DNA of 26,193 nucleotides from a virus (Duplodnaviria; Heunggongvirae; Uroviricota; Caudoviricetes): IMG/VR virus record IMGVR_UViG_2671180431_000011; one strand, 5' to 3'. Shown piece by piece: positions 17,527 to 26,193 of this stretch (position 1 is its first letter; each line of letters starts with the position of its first letter). The notes under the pieces were generated by a model. It saw only the letters and a program-made list of their open reading frames with translations, ran no database searches and was not told where the DNA came from. The position numbers and the translations under genes were made by a program.

Positions 17527-18559
17527 TTTCAATTAAACCATTTAATGAGATTGTATCTTCAGGAAAATCAACATAAAATTCGCCACAAAAATTATCATCC
17601 AACCAAGATTTCTTATTTGGATCTAGACCCAATTCTGTAAAGTCACCATTATTTCTGTAAAATCTTACGGCTACAGCACGTGGTGTATAAATATCATTTC
17701 TTTTCTTATTAGTAATCTCGACATCTCGAGCTTCATATGTCGGATCTTTGCGGCCAATGACATTAGCATCACAACCTGTATTAGAACCAACATAAATTAT
17801 CTGAACTGCTTTCCCGAACGATCTATCAGTAATAATGCTATTGATCACATTATAAAAATTCAATTGTTTGAAATGAATAGTATTATTAGTACTGATGAGC
17901 ATATCAAAAAATTTATTACGCACCGATGCAAGCGCTTTTGCTGTCTCCCGTTTCCCTAAATTTTTTGGAAGACGATACTCGATCCTATTTTTATTATGGG
18001 GAACAAATACTGTTATAAATTGTTGCTGTGGGGTATACGATAGTCCTAAACCGCGACTTCCCTTAATCTTAACACTATAAACATATGAGAAAATAAAAGC
18101 AAAGCCATCGCCAGTATCAATTAATTTAGTCAGATAAAGACCTTTGACATTGTTCCCAAGTGAATTCCCATCATATAACTTTCTTGGATAAGAATTTTCA
18201 TACCTTGAATCAGTTACACTTGTACTAAAAACATGTTGGATCACACTTTGGAAATTTGGGTCTTGTGTTTCGTCAATAGAATAATAGTTACTACCAGAAA
18301 TTATTATTCTATCGATCATTTTCTCAAGTGAATTTAATGTAGCATTAGGAAATGCAGCTGTTGGATTCTGTATAGATGCCTCGATTGCCTTCAAAACCGC
18401 ATCCATTCCACCTTTAACAGGTGGAAATCCATACACAGTTGCTATCTGAGAAATAAATGAATATAGATTGGTCTGCTCAAGCGCAGTAATCAAATCAGAT
18501 AATACTTGTTGACTATTGTTGGCAACAACAGGCGTAGCAAATGCGCTAGATGAATTCAT
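17507..18559 (-). CDS. Cargo gene A: hypothetical protein (350 aa from ATG 18559; track ORF begins at a TTG at 18565)
   Basis: First gene of a three-gene overlapping operon. No Walker A or other motif recognised by eye. AT-rich. Confidence 0.6.
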   Translation of the reverse strand: MNSSSAFATPVVANNSQQVLSDLITALEQTNLYSFISQIATVYGFPPVKGGMDAVLKAIEASIQNPTAAFPNATLNSLEKMIDRIIISGSNYYSIDETQDPNFQSVIQHVFSTSVTDSRYENSYPRKLYDGNSLGNNVKGLYLTKLIDTGDGFAFIFSYVYSVKIKGSRGLGLSYTPQQQFITVFVPHNKNRIEYRLPKNLGKRETAKALASVRNKFFDMLISTNNTIHFKQLNFYNVINSIITDRSFGKAVQIIYVGSNTGCDANVIGRKDPTYEARDVEITNKKRNDIYTPRAVAVRFYRNNGDFTELGLDPNKKSWLDDNFCGEFYVDFPEDTISLNGLIENVISRK

Positions 18560-18696
18560 GCTCAAGTCCAGTAGTTCCGTTTACGACGACTCAATCAAGA
18601 TAATGTTAAGGGATGATATTAGCTAGTTTTTTTCTCTCAAAATTTTCTCAAGTTGAGCCGAATCACAGACAACGTTTAACATAACTAGTTGAATAG

Positions 18697-18786
18697 TGGC
18701 GGAGAGAGGGGGATTTGAACCCCCGGTAGAGTTGCCCCTACTCCGGTTTTCGAGACCGGTCCGTTCAGCCGCTCCGGCATCTCTCC
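18697..18786 (-). tRNA. serU: tRNA-Ser (anticodon CGA), 90 nt
   Basis: Reverse complement GGAGAGATGCCGGAGCGGCTGAACGGACCGGTCTCGAAAACCGGAGTAGGGGCAACTCTACCGGGGGTTCAAATCCCCCTCTCTCCGCCA: cloverleaf with CGA anticodon, long variable arm, 3' CCA. Confidence 0.9.
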
Positions 18787-18879
18787 GTTCAGATGGTTGC
18801 CATGATGCCAGGAAATTTGGCATTTTAACAGTCCCTGTTCGTGCAATTTTGTTCAAGTGACGAGTTTGCGAGCAAAACG

Positions 18880-19677
18880 ATGATTAAGTGGCCCTGGAAA
18901 GTACAAGAATCAGCACATCAAACTGCCCTTCCCTGGCAGGAAGCACTATCGATCCCCCTTTTAACGGGTCTGACGGAACAGGAACAAAGCAAATTAGTCA
19001 CTCTTGCCGAACGTTTTTTACAGCAAAAGCGGCTTGTTCCTTTACAGGGCTTTGAACTGGATTCATTAAGAAGCTGCCGGATAGCACTTCTATTTTGCCT
19101 ACCCGTTCTGGAGTTAGGACTGGAATGGCTGGATGGTTTTCATGAAGTCTTAATTTATCCTGCGCCATTTGTGGTCGATGATGAATGGGAAGACGATATC
19201 GGTCTGGTGCATAACCAACGTATTGTTCAGTCAGGTCAGAGCTGGCAGCAAGGGCCTATCGTTTTGAACTGGTTGGATATACAAGATTCTTTTGATGCAT
19301 CTGGTTTTAACCTGATTATTCATGAAGTCGCTCATAAGCTGGACACCCGTAACGGCGATCGCGCCAGCGGAGTTCCCTTTATTCCGTTGCGTGAGGTTGC
19401 TGGCTGGGAACACGATCTTCATGCTGCAATGAACAACATTCAGGAAGAAATCGAATTGGTTGGCGAGAATGCGGCGAGCATTGATGCTTATGCAGCCAGC
19501 GATCCTGCTGAATGTTTTGCCGTACTTTCTGAATATTTCTTTAGCGCCCCAGAACTTTTTGCTCCTCGTTTCCCTTCATTGTGGCAACGTTTCTGCCAAT
19601 TTTATCAACAAGATCCTTTGCAGAGACTGCATCACGCTAATGATACAGACTCGTTTTCGGCGACGAATGTTCATTAA
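18880..19677 (+). CDS. mtfA: MtfA (Mlc titration factor A, zinc-dependent peptidase)
   Basis: [22 protein letters not shown]... 265 aa with HExxH motif (IIHEVAHKL). Matches E. coli MtfA/YeeI as I recall it. Confidence 0.9.
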   Translation: MIKWPWKVQESAHQTALPWQEALSIPLLTGLTEQEQSKLVTLAERFLQQKRLVPLQGFELDSLRSCRIALLFCLPVLELGLEWLDGFHEVLIYPAPFVVDDEWEDDIGLVHNQRIVQSGQSWQQGPIVLNWLDIQDSFDASGFNLIIHEVAHKLDTRNGDRASGVPFIPLREVAGWEHDLHAAMNNIQEEIELVGENAASIDAYAASDPAECFAVLSEYFFSAPELFAPRFPSLWQRFCQFYQQDPLQRLHHANDTDSFSATNVH

Positions 19678-19730
19678 TTAACAACTTTGCAGATTAATTA
19701 ACCAATTGAAATGACTTATGAAATTTAGTG

Positions 19731-19759
19731 TTGACAGACAAGGTACCGCTAAGTAATAT
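19731..19759 (+). promoter_or_regulatory. Sigma-70 promoter for tRNA-Asn
   Basis: TTGACA (19731-19736), 17-nt spacer, TAATAT (19754-19759), about 19 nt upstream of the tRNA 5' end. Confidence 0.65.
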
Positions 19760-19777
19760 GTGCCCCGTTCACACGAT

Positions 19778-19853
19778 TCCTCTGTAGTTCAGTCGGTAGA
19801 ACGGCGGACTGTTAATCCGTATGTCACTGGTTCGAGTCCAGTCAGAGGAGCCA
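19778..19853 (+). tRNA. asnT: tRNA-Asn (anticodon GUU), 76 nt
   Basis: TCCTCTGTAGTTCAGTCGGTAGAACGGCGGACTGTTAATCCGTATGTCACTGGTTCGAGTCCAGTCAGAGGAGCCA. The gene name is inferred from the mtfA-asn-yeeJ context. Confidence 0.9.
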
Positions 19854-19941
19854 AATTCTAAAAATTCGCTTTTTTAGCGCAATGTCACTGACCTTAGTTG
19901 AACATTGTTTTTTAACGGATAGCGGGTTTTTAACACCTTAA

Positions 19942-19973
19942 GCGCCCTCGACCTTTATGGTTGAGGGCGTTTT
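19942..19973 (+). terminator. Intrinsic terminator downstream of tRNA-Asn
   Basis: GCGCCCTC ... GAGGGCG stem (19942-19969) followed by TTTT. Confidence 0.6.
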
Positions 19974-20166
19974 GCTATGAACGCCATCACCATTTTCCCC
20001 TCGATTATAAAACTTGAGTTATTCAGTAGTCTCCCCTCTTGCAACTCACACCCAAAACTGCCTAACGAAAAGTTATTAATTTTCAATCGTATTGCTATCA
20101 GTATTTACATTTTTTCGCTGTGCTAGAAAGGGCGCATTTATGTTAGCTCGTTCAGGGAAGGTAAGC

Positions 20167-26193
<6,027 letters not shown>

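Larger units (their letters stand above)
1..18696. mobile_element. Lambdoid prophage (right arm and int-proximal end); left boundary lies outside the window
   Basis: Contiguous phage modules: cos/Nu1, lysis, Q, nin-like, replication, Cro/CI, early-left operon, integrase, ending at a tRNA-Ser 3' end. Module order matches lambda read in reverse orientation. Confidence 0.85.

Noticed and set aside
18623-18856. 77-aa minus-strand ORF spanning the tRNA-Ser gene
   Set aside because: It overlaps the entire tRNA and its promoter region, so it is a spurious ORF.
19231-19681. Small ORFs inside or overlapping mtfA (19231-19422 minus strand; 19460-19681 plus strand)
   Set aside because: They are nested within a well-supported conserved gene.

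Overview
This window is the right arm and integration junction of a lambdoid prophage in an Escherichia-type chromosome, followed by core genes. All calls are from reading the sequence and from recalled family signatures; no searches were run. The prophage runs, on the minus strand, from the first codons of a lambda-like Nu1 terminase gene and a lambda-type cos site (1-420), through a phage-21-type lysis cassette (Rz/Rz1, SAR endolysin, pinholin), an orphan DNA methyltransferase, the Q antiterminator, a nin-like region (DUF968, KilA-N, frameshifted RusA), an iteron-bearing replication initiator, to a Cro/CI immunity switch (10772-11822). The plus-strand early-left operon (YfdP/Q/R/S-like genes, a DUF4224 Xis-like gene and a tyrosine integrase) ends at 16284. 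The element is inserted at the 3' end of tRNA-Ser(CGA) (18697-18786, minus strand); mtfA, tRNA-Asn and a disrupted yeeJ adhesin gene follow. The most interesting feature is a compact, AT-rich, three-gene overlapping operon (16308-18559, minus strand) between the integrase and the tRNA attachment site. I cannot assign its proteins to any family; the last one carries a PD-(D/E)xK-like nuclease motif. I consider it a candidate undescribed phage-defence or abortive-infection cargo.
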